Shown here: positions 27,923-43,100 of the stretch, piece after piece
Layout: every line of letters begins with the position of its first letter
Position numbering within the stretch: position 1 is the stretch's first letter
Origin: Eledone cirrhosa
Taxonomy: Eukaryota
Direction: 5' to 3'
NCBI GenBank assembly: GCA_964016885.1
Contig: OZ024742.1
Location: forward strand, 51,832,001-51,896,000
Length of the DNA: 64,000 bases
Made by a program: the position numbers and the translations under genes
The notes under the pieces: generated by a model
Databases searched by the model: none
The model's input: only the letters and a program-made list of their open reading frames with translations
Told to the model about the DNA's origin: nothing

Positions 27923-28325
27923 TATATATGTGTGTGTGTATATATATATATGTCTGCGTGTGTGCGTGTGTATCCGCGTCTTTGTGTGTGTGCCTGCATA
28001 TGTATATATATATATATGTGTGTGTGTGTGTGCGTGTGTGTGTGTGTCGGTGTACATGTAAGTTTTGTTTTCACTGTATTATAGTATTTTATTAGATTTT
28101 GTGACCAGGTGTATTATTAATAAAACAAAACAGCAGAATAAAACGAAATACATAACGACGATGCAGAAGACATTTACACACAATAAATAACATTTCCCCC
28201 TCTCACACTCTCTCTATTCCACGCTTTCTCACTTCTCCCTCAATATATATATATATATATATATTTACATGCGAGTATGTGTGTAAGAGTTCGTATATGT
28301 GTGTGTATATATATATATATATATG

Positions 28326-28406
<81 letters not shown>

Positions 28407-28789
28407 GTATGTCGCTTCGCCTGTGTATACGTATATATTTTAGAATGTTCAGTGTTTGAATAATTACTGCTGCCATCGTAACGTAGGAACTTATGTTCAG
28501 AAGATAAAATGTAAATTAAATCAAGATCACTTTTGTGATGTTAATATCGAAGTGTTGCTCTAAACTAAATATATCCTGGCGGTATTTTTTTTTGTTCTTT
28601 CTTATTATTTTTGTTGTTGTTATTTTTTTTACTATTTTCATCATCTTAAATTTTTCCATTGTTATGCTAATTGTTGTCTGCATTGCAATAAAGAATAATT
28701 TAATAACTGTGAGGAAAAATAAGAAAGATATAGTGTATATATGTATGTATATGTATATATATATACATGCACACACACATATAATTATG

Positions 28790-28884
<95 letters not shown>

Positions 28885-28954
28885 ATATATAAATTAGAAT
28901 TGCATTTCTCGCCTTAGCATACTTACCTATTGTATTATATATATATATATAATA

Positions 28955-29203
28955 CAAGGACGATTTGTAAAGCCTTCATTACGTATATTGATTGGTGACG
29001 CACGTTTCGCTATTGATCAGCTCAAGGTTCGATCTTTATCAAAATCTCGTCGGACCTCTACTGTCATAATGACAACAGAGGTCCGACGAGCCTTTGATTC
29101 CAGAGTCGGGCTAGATCGATACAGATTGAACCTTGAGCTGATCAGTAATGAACCGCGCGTCACCAAACAATAAACGTAAAAATGGGTTAACAATTCGTCC
29201 TTG
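28955..29203. mobile_element. MITE/foldback element with TA flanks
   Basis: TA-caaggacgatttgt...acaattcgtccttg-TA; almost entirely self-complementary (ctcgtcggacctct/agaggtccgacgag). Confidence 0.75.
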
Positions 29204-29300
29204 TATTATTAAATTTACGACTGCTCTCAGGGGTGAACAGACAGGAACTTCACGTTGCACTCACTGGATATATATATATATATATATATATATATGGATG

Positions 29301-29465
<165 letters not shown>

Positions 29466-30866
29466 TGTGTGAGAGAGAGAAAGAGAGAGATAGAGGGGGG
29501 AAAGTTCTAGAAGATAGACATATATATAGAATTAAATTATCATATTTTTCAAATGTCGTCTGGGAAAATTTACTCTACGCAACCTATCCTTGCAATTTAA
29601 TGACCAACCCTCCCTTTTGTGCTTTTATTCCAGATCTTGAAATGCAAGCAATGAGTAATATTCGTATAATTCTTCTGATCATGAATAAAGCTTAAGAGAA
29701 TTTACTTTACAATACAATATACAATATTGATATTAAAGGAAAGAAGAATTTCAGTTACAAAACACGCTGCATCTTATTCATCGTTGACTGCATTCAATTA
29801 TTTTTAGATTTTATTACTAGAACAAGCGACTCAACTTGAAACAGCTGAAACATAATTTGGCTTGTCTAAATAATTTATCGAGAAAACACTGAGAAAGACC
29901 GCTACATTGTTTTCATTTTAATAGATATGACTTCCGTATGCCTATGAAAAGGAATAGTAGTTGGGGCCCAGCAAATGTTTACGAAAATATATGCTTACTA
30001 AAGGAGAACTGTTTTTATAGTGAAGTTTTTAAACTGAAATCATCAAATACTCCTTCTCAGGTTACTACGAGTGTTACTAGCCACGATTTCGACCTTTTGT
30101 TTGTACTTTTGCACATTATGAGCTCATACAGATAATAGATATTACCTATAAGACATCAAATCCGGTAAATTTGACTAAATTCGTACAACTCTTTCCCAAC
30201 TTGTCTGCAATTAAGCGAGTGATTAGTACATCAATTTAACCGGGGCTACAGCGAATACTAAAATTCTGATTGCAATGCTTGTAACAATAAATAGTATTTC
30301 ATGATTCATTGCTCAACAGAAAAAGAAAACCAATAGACTGAAGACACCAGATGTGGATCATGAACAATAGTGAAGTGTCAGACAAAATACGGCTAATCGT
30401 TTCTCTGACGCGCTACTGATTTTACTAATCCACCTACTTTATATTTCTTTAAAAATAATAGTAAAACATATGTTGTTAGACGTTTCTGCTATGTATTATG
30501 TAAAGTGAGTTTAAACAGATTTCATCATTTTGACAATGGGATATAGATAGTCGTTCATTCTTTATTAAGAAAATGATATTATTCAGAGCTTTGGCAAGTA
30601 ACAATATGAACTGCAATAAACCCTAAATTCTCATTTAAATATAGTAAATGAAGCCTATTTGAAGATTGCCAATGGAATGTCAAGATCCTGACACTAAATT
30701 GGCATTAGTGTTATCATAGATAATTGTATGCCAAAAAAGAAAGTATACAACAAATTATAGCGAACGTGAAAGTTATTATGGATATTGCTCTTAATGCTGA
30801 TGATTTTCTTAGTAAGGAGAATGTTAGTCTAAAATTGTCTTTACAGGGAGTAATGGGGATAATAAT

Positions 30867-31046
30867 TATTTCTTCTTTTGGCACAAGGCCAGCAATTATG
30901 CCAGTACATTACTGGCACTTTATTTTATCGACCTCGTAAGGATGAAAGGCAAAGTTAATCTCGGCGGGATTTTAACTCAGATCATAAAGGGCCGTAACTC
31001 TTTGCTGCAAAGCATGGCGTCCGACCCTCTACCGATACTGCCCTAC
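30867..31046 (-). mobile_element. tRNA-derived SINE
   Basis: Same family as 54088; 16-bp TSD taatggggataataat at 30851-30866 and 31047-31062. Confidence 0.88.
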
Positions 31047-31112
31047 TAATGGGGATAATAATGATGACAATAATACTGATTTCATTTATTTATAACAGAA
31101 ATTGGACAATAA

Positions 31113-31443
31113 TAGTTGTTTCTACTTTTTGGCACAAGGCCAGCAATAAACCAATACATTACTGGTACTTTATTTTATCGACCGTGTAAGGATGAATTGC
31201 AAAGTTAACCTCGGCGGGATTTGAAATCAGAATGACAATGCCGTAATTCTATGCGTCAAAGCATCTACTTTAGGCACAAGGTCAGCAATTTGAGGGGGGC
31301 GAAAGTCAATTAAATCGACCTCAGTGCATTACTGGTACTTTATTTTATCGACCCCTTAAGGATGAAAGGCAAAGTTAACCTCGGCAAGATTTGAACTCAG
31401 AACGTAAAAGGCAGTAACTCTATGCTTCAAAGCATGGTGTTTG
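31113..31443 (-). mobile_element. Two tandem partial SINE copies
   Basis: ggcacaagg..cagcaat...gtactttattttatcgacc...aaagttaacctcggc occurs twice. Confidence 0.85.
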
Positions 31444-31444
31444 A

Positions 31445-31499
<55 letters not shown>

Positions 31500-34400
31500 C
31501 TTTCTTTATTAACCACAATGGTCTACATAAAGTAGAAATTAAGGACAGTACAGGACAATACAGGGCGGTACAAATGGGCATTTCTGCGTGTAAAAAACAA
31601 GAAACAGAGGATGTCATAATAGAACAATGAAAAAATTCCCCAATAATGGGGAGCCTTCCGAGGGACATTCGTGGAGAAAGTCCATTAGAAAGCCACATTG
31701 ACCCTGACCACCAGGGCAAGTGCCCTCTCCCAGTTTTCCACCTTTAATTTAAAGACACATACTCGGAGTAGGCCCATTCACTCGGGCCAATCTTGCGTCT
31801 CTCACCCATCTTTCAACAAAATGCTGGGAAGAGAGCACTTCCCTTTCTACCCTGATTTTCCTTTTCAAATGAAATTTGAAAAAGTTATTCAGGGCATCAC
31901 CGAAGAGGTAACTGCTCGTCTTCAGCCCTTTCAAACATGTCCACCATACTATCTCTTTCGCCATGGCCACCAGACAGATAAAAACTGCCTGCCCTTCCCG
32001 GCTAAAGGAAGAGGGCGGGGCAATCCTCACGGTGGACTCAGCTGATAGCCGGATCCGTCCTACACGCGACAGCAGGTGTTCGACATAAACCCACCCAGTC
32101 AGTAACGCTCGGACACTGGACGAGTGCGTGCAGAACGGTTTCGTCGCCCTGCGCGCATCACAGACATGCCCGGCTAACGGCACCTCCATGCCTGTAGAGT
32201 TTATCCCGAACTGGCAAAGCTCCTCGGTAGCACTGCCAGGCCAGGGATTTCTGGAAGTTGTCCATAGGCCCCGGCCCGAAAGTTCTTCCGAAGAGATTGG
32301 CTAGTTGATTTTCGTCAGCGCCTAGAGTTTCCCCAGGTACGAAGTCGCTCTTCCCCTCCACTAATCCTCTATAGAACGCCAAGGTGGAGTTTCCACCGAT
32401 CACATTGCCCGATTGGTCGAGGGCTGTGAGCGCCTGAAGACATTCCAGTCTCCAAGCGATCCATCTCAGTCTTCGCTTGACCCAGGACTGCAGCTCCGTC
32501 AAGGAGACGAGCTGGGGAAAGACGCGTCTAGCAAACGGACACCACACCTGATCACCGTCGAGGAAGAGGTGGGGATGTCGTAGCCTGAGCGCATGTCTGC
32601 GCATCATCAGCCACGGCATTCCCAGCCCTCCACGTAGCGGGTGTTGACAGCAGATGGACCGCTTGACCATCGAAGCGCGTCCCTTCCACAAAAAGCGAAA
32701 GAGCAAACGAACCAGACCCCGAACAATTTAACCGGTCCGTCCGTCCAGCGTCCGACGACGCTGTTGGACGGCATGGACCTGCCTCTCCAGGTGCCGAGCT
32801 GCAGGCCCACTGACTTTTCCTGGTTGATCATTGCTCCTGTCACCGCTTCGTATTTTCTTAGTGTAGTGCCGATCGCCTCGATGTGTTTGGCGTTCGACAC
32901 CACTACGGTGACATCGTCAGCATATGCTGACACGGATCTTCCGCATCCTAGTTCGCGCGGGACGCCCCTCAACGTCTCCAGTTTGTGCAGTAATGGCTCG
33001 AGAGTCAATACGTACAAGAGGGACGGGAGGGGACATCCTTGGCGGACGGAGCGCATCATGTTGAACGGTTCCGACAGGTGACCGTTCACTCTAACCACAG
33101 AGCAGATGTCGCTGTGCATGGCAGCGATCCAGCCTCTGAAGACGGGCCCAAAGCCAGCCGCCCTCAGGACTGCCGCTAGGTAACGATGGTCGACCCTATA
33201 GAAAGCTTTCGACTGATCTAAATTGATCAAGTACCCACCCGTGCCAGGTTCCCTAGCTACCCTCTCTACGATGTATCGCATGAGTTGGAGGTTGTCGTGG
33301 CTGGATCTGTCGGGATGGCGCATGTCTGCGCCTCTCCCACCAGACCACCAACGACAAGCGCCAACCTCTTTGCTAGCACCTTGGCCAAAATCTTGAACTC
33401 TGTGTTTAGCAGAGTTATGGGCCGGAAATTATCTATGTTATCCCCCTTGTTCGGATCCTTTCTCAGCAGTGCCACCGCTCCTCGGCTCACAGAACTGGGA
33501 ATTCTCCCGTTCTGTTGCCAGTTGCAGTAGACGTACTCCAAGAGGCATTCGAACAAGTCTGGGATCTGTACGTAAAGTTCATAGGGCAGACCATCCAAAC
33601 CAGGCGATTTACCCCTTGTGCACCCAGTCATTGCCTCCCTTACTTCAACAGCTGTTATCGGATTTTCGCAACACTTCACCTCAGTGGCCGAGAGCCGCGG
33701 CAGTCCGTCGAGGTAGACACTAAAGGCAATCCTTCGACCCGGCCCACCGCTGCCCCCGAACAGCTGAGCGATGTGTCGCTGTAAAGCTTCACACATTTTC
33801 CCGGGATCGAGTAGCATGCGCCCGTCGTGGTCCACCAAAGACCGGATCGTGGCTTTGTTGCCACGACGCGCCTCCGCCACTCGGGCCCATTGAACGGCTT
33901 TCGTCCCCTCGTGTCTGAGAGCACGCACCCTTGATCTGACAACGCAGCCTTCGTGCTTTGCATTGAAGAATTGGTCAAGGGCCAATTCCGCCGCAAGCAC
34001 GTCGGTCGCAATGCCTTTGCAAAGCGCCTCGTCTAATTTTGTAACTAGTTCTCCCTCTGCTCTATTTTTCTCTATTGCTAAAGCCTTACTAAACCTAATC
34101 GATTCTATTCTAATCGCTCTTTTCAGAGCAAACCACCACTTGTTGTTGACGATGGCCCCCGTCAACGCCCGCTTAACTAGTTCGCTAATCCGGTCTCTGT
34201 AGGCCTTACTCGCTGGTAAGGAGGCTTTTAGCTTCCAGTAGCCGGGTCCTTGTCTATGAAGCCTATCTAAGTCAAGCACACAGATCACGAATTTGTGGTC
34301 CGTGTAGCTGACTATCTTGAATTGTGGACAGCCTATGCTAGACCTATCTATTCCCCTTAAAAATACTCTATCTAGATATGATCTGGATGACCCTATGCGA

Positions 34401-35578
34401 TTTGTCCAAGTCCACATTGGCACATTCAGGAAATCCAATCGGTACCTGTCAGACAGTTCAAAATGCCTGAGCAGGTTGGTGAGGCTCTTGCACCCTCTAC
34501 CCCTATCCGCTAATCCCACACAGTCCTAGCGTGCATGTAAGATCCCGTTCCAGTCGCCCACTAACACTAAAGAGCGGGACGTTCCAAGAAAGGTCTCCAG
34601 ACGCCGGAAGAAATCAGGCCGCCCTGCTACTGTCAAAGCATAGACGGCCACTAGCCTGAAAGCTTGCCCGTCTCCGCTGGTCACGTCCAGCACCACCAAC
34701 TTAGCCTCTGGGTTCAGGAAGATGGCCCGTATGGCGAGATCCCAAACCTCTTCGAAAAAGCACAGCAACTCCTTCCCCCGATCCAGGACGGCTGGGAGAT
34801 GTGTACACATCGTAGCCGCCGAAGATCGGTGCGAAGGCCCGTGATTCGGAGATTCTTGTCTCGCTGATGGCCACTACATCTGTGTTTAGTGACCTGAGGT
34901 CGTTGAGCAAGTGACCCTGCTTCCATGACGACCCCAAGCCACGCGCATTTATGCTGCCTATTCTGAGTGAGGTCATGTTTAAAATAGAGTGGAAAAGATG
35001 GGAAAGACCACTTACCGTACTTTTCGTAGAAGAGGGTTTGTTTTTCCATCCCTTTTCACTTGATCGTCTGGTGAAGGGATCGTTGAATCGTCTCTTCGGC
35101 TGGTCGTCGGCTCTTCTATGAGTATGTCCGAATATACTCTTCGGTGGATAGTTCCTCCTAGGTCTCTGAAATCACCAACTGCGTTGGGGAATTTCGTTTT
35201 GATGTTTGTGTATTGTTTCTGTGCTATTTTTAGCAGTCTTATGTTAGTTGGCGTTTTGATTGGTGCTGGTATTATGTAGTCGTGTTGTGAAATGTCTGTG
35301 TGTTCAATTATGTAAGTCATTAGTTTCTTGTTGTGTGTATTTATTGCCGTGCATTTGTTTTTCTGGGGGTGGGGTGTGGTTCTGCTATTTTCTTGTCGTT
35401 GTTGCTGGGTGTGTGTGTTTGCGATGTTGGTGCTTGTGGTGGTGGTGTTGAAGGTGTTGTTGGCGGTGGGGTTGTCGCCGGTGGTGATGGTGGTGCTAGT
35501 GTGGGTGGTGATGGTGTTGGTGGTGTTGCTGCTGTGGGTCTCTTTGCAGTAGACTTTACCCTTTTTTTCATTTCTTTA
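31445..35578 (-). mobile_element. L1/Tx1-type LINE subfamily II, copy A (5'-truncated in ORF1) with (ATT)n tail
   Basis: APE, RT and C-terminal ORF pieces 34976-31749; (AAT)n at 31445-31497. Confidence 0.92.
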
Positions 35579-36940
35579 TTAACCACAAGGGTTTACATAA
35601 AGTAGACATTAAGGACAGTGCAGGACAATGCAGATCGGTACAAATGGGCATTTCTGCGTGTAAAAAACAAAAACAGAGGATGTAACAAAAAATAACAATG
35701 AAAAATTCCCCAATAGGGGGGGAGACTTCGGAGGGACATTTGTGGAGAAAGCCCAGTAAAAAGCCACAATGACCCTGACCACCAAGGCAAGTGCCCTCTC
35801 CCAGTTTTCCACCTTTAATTTACAGATATATACTCAGAGTAGGCCCATTCACTCGAGCCATTCTTGCTTCTCTCACCCATCTTTCAACAAAATGCTGGGA
35901 AGAGAGCACTTCCCTCTCTACTCTGATTTTCCTTTTCAAATGAAATTTGAAAAAGTCAATCAGAGCATCACCGAAGAGGTAAGTGCTCGTCTTCAGCCCT
36001 TTCAAACGTGTCCACCATACTATCTCTTTCGCCATGGCCACCAGACAGATAAAAACTGCCTGCCCTTCCCGGCTAAAGGAGGAGGGCGGGACAATCCTCA
36101 CGATGGACTCAGATGATATCCGGATCCGTCCTAAACGCGACATCAGGTGTTCGACATAAACCCACAAGTCAGCAATTTTCGGACACTGGACGAGTACGTG
36201 CAGGACGGTTTCGTCGCCCTGTGCGCATCTCGGACATGCCCGGCTGACGGCACCTCCATTCCTGTAGAGTTTATCCCGAACTGGCAAGGCTCCTCGGTAA
36301 CACTGCCAGGCCAGGGATTTCTGGAAGTTGTCCATAGGCCCTGGCCCGAAAGTTCTTCCGAAGAGATTGGCTAGTTGATTTTCGTCGACGCCTAGAGTTT
36401 CCCCAGGTACGTCGTCGCTCTTCCCCTCCACTAATCCTCTATAGAACGCTGAGGTGGAGTTTCCACCGATCACATTGCTCGATTGGTCGAGGGCTGTGAG
36501 CGCCTGAAGACATTCCAGTCTCCAGGCGCTCCCTCTCGGTCTTCGCTTGACCCAGGACTGATCACCGTCGAGGAAGAGGTGGAGATGTCGTAGCCTGAGC
36601 GCGTGCCTGCGCATCATCAGCCACGGCATTCCCAGCCCTCCACGTAGCGGGTGTTGACAACATATGGACCGCCTGACCATCGGAGCGCGTCCCTTCCACA
36701 AAAAGCGAAAGAGCAAACGCTCCAGCGCAGTCAAGCGAGGCTTAGGACAAGGTACGACGGTCAGGCGGCAGCAGATGACAGACGCGATGTACGCGTTAGC
36801 CACCTCCGCTCAACCTTTCAGGGATAGCTTCCTCTCCACCCATTTCTGGGTGAGAGAAGCCACCCTGCTCGTCACCTCGTCCCAGTTTTTGTCCGTCTGG
36901 AGGTCCGGACCGAACCAGACCCCTAGCAATTTAACCGGTC
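35572..36940 (-). mobile_element. L1/Tx1-type LINE subfamily II, copy B (3' 1.4 kb)
   Basis: ORF 35820..36803 is the ORF2 C-terminus; the 3' UTR is fused directly to copy A. Confidence 0.9.
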
Positions 36941-37006
36941 ACTGGTTGTGATTTGGTGATAACATGTATGAATATAAAGGAAGATAAATGAAAATAATAA
37001 TAGTAA

Positions 37007-37125
37007 TATTATTATTATTATTATTATTATTACAGTTACATTTATCTTTCTTCTTCTTCTTCTTCTTCTTCTTCTTCTTCTTCTTCTTCTTCTTCTTCTT
37101 CTTCTTCTTCTTCTTCTTCTTCTTC

Positions 37126-37160
<35 letters not shown>
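37007..37160. repeat. Compound (ATT)n/(TTC)n microsatellite
   Basis: Direct reading of the sequence. Confidence 0.95.
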
Positions 37161-40100
37161 GAATGCTATGGTTGACGGAGGCTCGGCTCTGTAAGGTACT
37201 GTAAATTTTGAACGCTATGACAATTGTAAATTGTTTAAAACTTAGACCAACTTGTAGACAAAAACACCCTCCTCCTCGTGAGAGGGGTCTTTCTGCCCGT
37301 TATTTGGCCCTTCGGGGTTAAATAACTGCTTATTGGGGTTTTGTACCCAATATTTATTTTTAACAAAAAAACAACATGGCTACGAAAAAGAATTTGCATA
37401 GGTCACTCCCACTCATTCCGTCTTCTTTTTCCTCAATCGTCACTACAGCAGAGAGAAGATTGTCTCTCTCCCTCCCTTCTTTAAATGTGTCTCTCTCCCT
37501 CCCTTCTCTTTCGCAAGCGACGAAAGAAAAGAAAAGTCTCGTGCAAAGCGTGAAAGGTTTCTCCACGACGACGACGACAGCGACGAAACAGGTGTGCGGG
37601 AAATACGAAAACCCAGTTCATTCGTCTGACGTCAGGAATAATAGCAGTAGCAGCCGTAATAACAACAGCAACAGTGACAATGAAAACAACAGTAGCAGCC
37701 GCAACAGCATCACCAGCAGCATAAACAACAACAGCATTAGCAGCAGCAACACCAACAACAACCACAGCAACAGCGGCGGAGGCAGTAGTCGTAGTACCTG
37801 CAGCAACAACAAAAGTAACAGCAGCTCTGACGACAACAACAACAACAGCAGCAAAGAAAAACCAATCTCATTTGCAGGTATTGCGAAAAACTCGGAAACA
37901 ATCCTCATAACAAATGAGGAATTAGAGGAAGCGAAGAAGATGGTGACAAAGACTGGACACCGAGCAATCTGCAAGGCAGCGGAAACATTTTTCGAAAACC
38001 AACAGCACTGTACGGTCACGTACCGTACAGTAAGTGCAAAATCCCGTAGGGTGGAAAGAGCCACAGAGGCTCAAATACAAAAAGCCTTGGGGTCTGTGTG
38101 GCAGCGGAAAACGCACATCACGCGAGGAAAAAAAATATGCCACCGTAGACGTACTTTTTGCCACACCCCAGGAGGCAAAGGCCCAACCCGTAGTGACCCT
38201 ATGGAGCGAGGAAATGGTGTTGGTGCCCTCCTACTACGGGCAAAAAATTGTGAGGGTCAAACTGACCCACGTCCCCCCCAGGATGGCCCCTTCTTGGCTG
38301 GCCGCGTCTGTCCTCTTTGGAATCGAGGACAAAACAACTGTACTGCAAGTACAGAAAAAAGTAAGAGAAGATTGGGTCGGCACCTCCATTGAGATGATAA
38401 TCCAAACCAACCAGGAGTGCATCGAAGCTATCCCGGATGTGATAGACATCGATAACGGCACTCACTGCCCATAAGTGTTGAAGGAAAACGCCCGAAATGC
38501 TTTCGCTGTGGATCGAAGACTCACCTCAGGGCCTTCTGCAACGAGAAGACCCTGAGAAAGGAGAAACCCACTCCTTCCGAAACCGGTTCCACGGCTACCA
38601 GCAACAGGACAAGCGGCAACCAGGAACGATAGGTCCGTGGCACCCATACCCACGCCACGGAAATCAAAAACAGCAGCAGCAGTGGAAATATTAACAACAA
38701 CAACAGCAATACCAAATGCAGCTGCAATAGAGACTCCAGTGCAAACATCACCAACAACACAAGTGAAAGAGTGGAGCTGGTACCCCTCCCCGACCTCACA
38801 GAATCAGACATGGAGTGTGAGGTGGGAGAGAGATGGCAAAAGGTCGTAAGAAGGCACAAACGCAGAAGCAGCGCATCGTCGCCTTTGAAAAGGGAGGAAA
38901 GAAATGAGAAAAGGGTAAAGTCTACTGCAAAGAGACCCACAGCAGCAACACCACCAACACCATCACCACCCACACTAGCACCACCATCACCACCGGCGAC
39001 AACCCCACCGCCACAACACCTTCAACACCACCACCACAAGCACCAACATCGCAAACACAACAACAAAACACACACACCCAGCAACAACGACAAGAAAATA
39101 GCAGAACCACACCCCACCCCCAGAAAAACAAATGTACGGCAATAAATGCACACAACAAGAAACTAATGACTTACATAATTGAACACACAGTCATTTCACA
39201 ACACGACTACATAATACCAGCACCAATCAAAACGCCAACTAACATAAGACTGCTAAAAATAGCACAGAAACAATACACAAACATTAAAACGAAATTCCCC
39301 AAAGCAGTTGGTGATTTCAGGGACCTAGGAGGAACTATCAATCGAAGAGTATATTCAGACATTCTCTTAGAAGAGCCGACGACCAGCCGAAGGGACGATT
39401 CAACGGTCCCTTCACCAGACGATCAAGTGAAAAGGGATGTAAAAACCATCCCTCCTCTACCAAAAGTACGGTAAGTGGTCTTTCCCATCTTTTCCACTTT
39501 ATTTTAAACATGACCTCACTCAGAATAGGCAGCATAAATGCGCGTGGCTTGGGGTCGTCATGGAAGCAGGGTCACCTGCTCAACGACCTCAGGTCACTAA
39601 ACATAGATGTAGTGGCCATCAGCGAGACCAGAATCTCCGAAGCACGGGCCTTCGCACCGATCTTCGGCGGCTACGATGTGTACGCATCTCCCAGCCGTCC
39701 TGGATCGGGGGGAAGGAGTTGCTGTGCTTTTTCGGAGAGGTTTGGATCTCGCCATACGGGCCATCTTCCTGGACCCAGAGGGTAAGCTGGTCGTGCTGGA
39801 CGTGACCAGCGGAGACGGGCAAGCTTTCAGGCTAGTGGCCGTCTATGCCCCGACAGGAGCAGGGCGGCCTGATTTCTTCCGGCGTCTGGAGACCTTTCTT
39901 GGAACGTCCCGCTCTTTAGTGTTAGTGGGCGACTGGAACGGGATCTTAGATGCACGCTGGGACTGTGTGGGATTAGCGGATAGGGGTGGAGGGTGCAAGA
40001 GCCTCACCGACCTGCTCAGGCGGTTTGAACTGTCTGACAGGTACCGATTGGATTTCCCGAATGCGCCAATGTGGACTTGGACAAATCGCATAGGGTCATC

Positions 40101-43100
40101 CAGATCATATCTAGATAGAATATTTTGTAGGGAAATAGACAGGTCTAGCATAGACTGTCCACAATTCAAGATAGTCAGCTACACGGACCACAAATTCGTG
40201 ATCTGTGTGCTTGACTTAGATAGGCTTCATAGACGAGGACCCGGCTACTGGAAGCTAAACGCGTCCTTACCAGCGCGCAGGGCCTACAGAGACCGGATTA
40301 GCGAACTAGTTAAGCGGCCGTTGACGGGGGCCATCGTTAACAACAAGTGGTGGTTTCCTCTGAAAGAGCGATTAGAATAGAGTCCATTAGGTTTACTAAG
40401 GCTTTAGCAATAGAGAAAAATAGAGCAGAGGGAGAACTAGTTCGAAAATTAGACGTGGCGCTTAGCAAAGGCATTGCGACCGACGTGCATGCGGCGAAAT
40501 TGGCCCTTGACCAATTCTTCAATGCAAAGCACGAAGGCTGCGTTGTCAGAGCAAGGGTGCGTGCTCTCAGACACGAGGGAACGAAAGCCGTACAATGGAC
40601 CCGAGTGGCGGAGGTGCGTCGTGGCGACAAAGCCACTATCCGGTCTTTGGTGGACCACGACGGGCGCATGCTACTCGATCCCGGGCAAATGTGTGAAGCT
40701 TTTCAGCGACACTTCGCTCAGCTGTTCGGGGGCAGCGGTGGGCCGGGTCGAGCGATGGACTTTAGTGTCTACCTCGACGGACTGCCGCGGCTCTCGGCCA
40801 CTGAGGCGAAGTGTTGCGAAAAGCCGCTAACAGCCGCTGAAGTAAGGGAGGCAATGACTGGCTGCACAAGGGGTAAATCGCCTGGTTTGGATGGTCTGCC
40901 CTATGAACTATACGTACAGATGCCAGACTTGTTCGGAGGCCTCTTGGCGGACGTCTACTGCAACTGGCAACAGAACGGGAGAATTCACAGTTTTGTGAGC
41001 CGAGGAGCGGTGGCACTGCTGAGAAAGGATCCGAACAAGGGGGATAACATAGATAATTTCCGGCCCATAACTCTGCTAAACACAGAGTTCAAGATTTTGG
41101 CCAAGGTGCTAGCAAAGAAGTTGGCGCTTGTCGTTGGTGGTCTGGTAGGAGAGGCGCAGACATGCGCCATTCCCGACAGATCCAGCCACGACAACCTCCA
41201 CCTCATGCGATACATCGTAGAGAGGGTAGCTAAGGAACCTGGCCGGGTGGGTCCTTGATCAATTTAGATCAGTCGAAAGCTTTCGATAGGGTCGACCATC
41301 GTTACCTAGCGGCAGTCCTGAGGGCGGCTGGCTTTGGGCTCGTCTTCAGAGGCTGGATCGCTGCCATGCACAGCGACATCTGCTCTGTGATGAGAGTGAA
41401 CGGTCACCTGTCGGAACCGTTCAACATCATGCGCTCGGTCCGCCAAGGATGTCCCCTCTCGTCCCTCTTGTACGTATTGACTCTCGAGCCATTACTGCAC
41501 AAACTGGAGACGTTGAGGGGCGTCCCGCGCGAACTAGGATGCGGAAGATCCGTGTCAGTATATGCGGACGATGTCACCGTAGTGGTGTCGAACGCCCAAC
41601 ACATCGAGGCGATCGGCACTACACTAAGACAATACGAAGCGGTGACAGGAGCAATGATCAACCAGGAAAAGTCAGTGGGCCTGCAGCTCGGCACCTGGAG
41701 AGGCAGGTCCATGCCGTCCAACAACGTCGTCGGACGCTGGACGGACGGACCGGTTAAATTGCTAGGGGTCTGGTTCGGTCCGGACCTCCAGACGGACAAA
41801 AACTGGGACGAGGTGACGAGCAGGGTGGCTTCTCTCACCCAGAAATGGGCGGAGAGGAAGCTATCCCTGAAAGGTCGAGCGGAGGTGGCTAACCCGTACA
41901 TCGCCTGACCGTCGTACCTTGTCCTAAGCCTCGCCTGACTGCGCTGGAGCGTTTGCTCTTTCGCTTTTTGTGGAAGGGACGCGCTCCGATGGTCAGGCGA
42001 TCCATCTGTTGTCAACACCCGCTACGTGGAGGGCTGGGCATGCCGTGGCTGATGATATGCAGGCACGCGCTCAGGCTACGATATCTCCACCTCTTCCTCG
42101 ACGGTGATCAGGTGTGGTCGCCGTTTGCTAGACGCGTATTTCCCTAGCTCGTTTCCTTGACGGAGCTGCAGTCCTGGGTCAAGCGAAGACCGAGAGGGAG
42201 CGCCTGGAGACTGGAATGTCTTCAGGCGCTCACAGCCCTCGACCAATCGGGCAATGTGATCGGTGGAAACTCCACCTCGGCGTTCTATAGAGGATTAGTG
42301 GAGGGGAAGAGCGACGACGTACTTGGGGAAAATCTAGGCGTCGACGAAAATCAACTAGCCAATCTCTTCGGAAGAACTTTCGGGCCAGGGCCTATGGACA
42401 ACTTCCAGAAATCTCTGGCCTGGCAGTGCTACCGAGGAGCCTTGCCAGTTCGGGATAAACTCTACAGGCATGGAGGTGCCGTTAGCCGGGCATGTCCGAG
42501 ATGCGCGCAGGGCGACGAAACCGCCCTGCACGCACTCGTCCAGTGTCCGAAAATTGCTGACTTGTGGGTCTATGTCGAACACCTGATGTCGCGTTTAGGA
42601 CGGATCCGGATATCATCTGAGTCCATCGTGAGGATTGCCCCGCCCTCCTCCTTTAGCCGGGAAGGGCAGGCAGTTTTTATCTGTCTGGTGGCCATGGCGA
42701 AAGAGATAGTATGGTGGACACGTTTGAAAGGGCTGAAGACGAGCACTTACCTCTTCGGTGATGCTCTGATTGACTTTTTCAAATTTCATTTGAAAAGGAA
42801 AATCAGAGTAGAGAGGGAAGTGCTCTCTTCCCAGCATTTTGTTGAAAGATGGGTGAGGGAAGCAAGAATGGCCCGAGTGAATGGGCCTACTCTGAGTATA
42901 TATCTGTAAACTAAAGGTGGAAAACTGGGAGAGGGCACTTGCCTTGGTGGTCAGGGTCATTGTGGCTTTTTACTGGGCTTTCTCCACAAATGTTCCTCCG
43001 AAGTCCCCCCCCCCCCCCGATTGGGGAATTTTTCATTGTTATTTTTTGTTACACCCTCTGTTTTTGTTTTTTACACGCAGAAATGCCCATTTGTACCGTC

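Noticed and set aside
39503-39509. TTTAAAC slippery heptamer just before the LINE ORF2 ATG
   Set aside because: ORF1 stops at 39474 and the heptamer is already in the ORF2 frame, so a -1 shift would not join the two ORFs.
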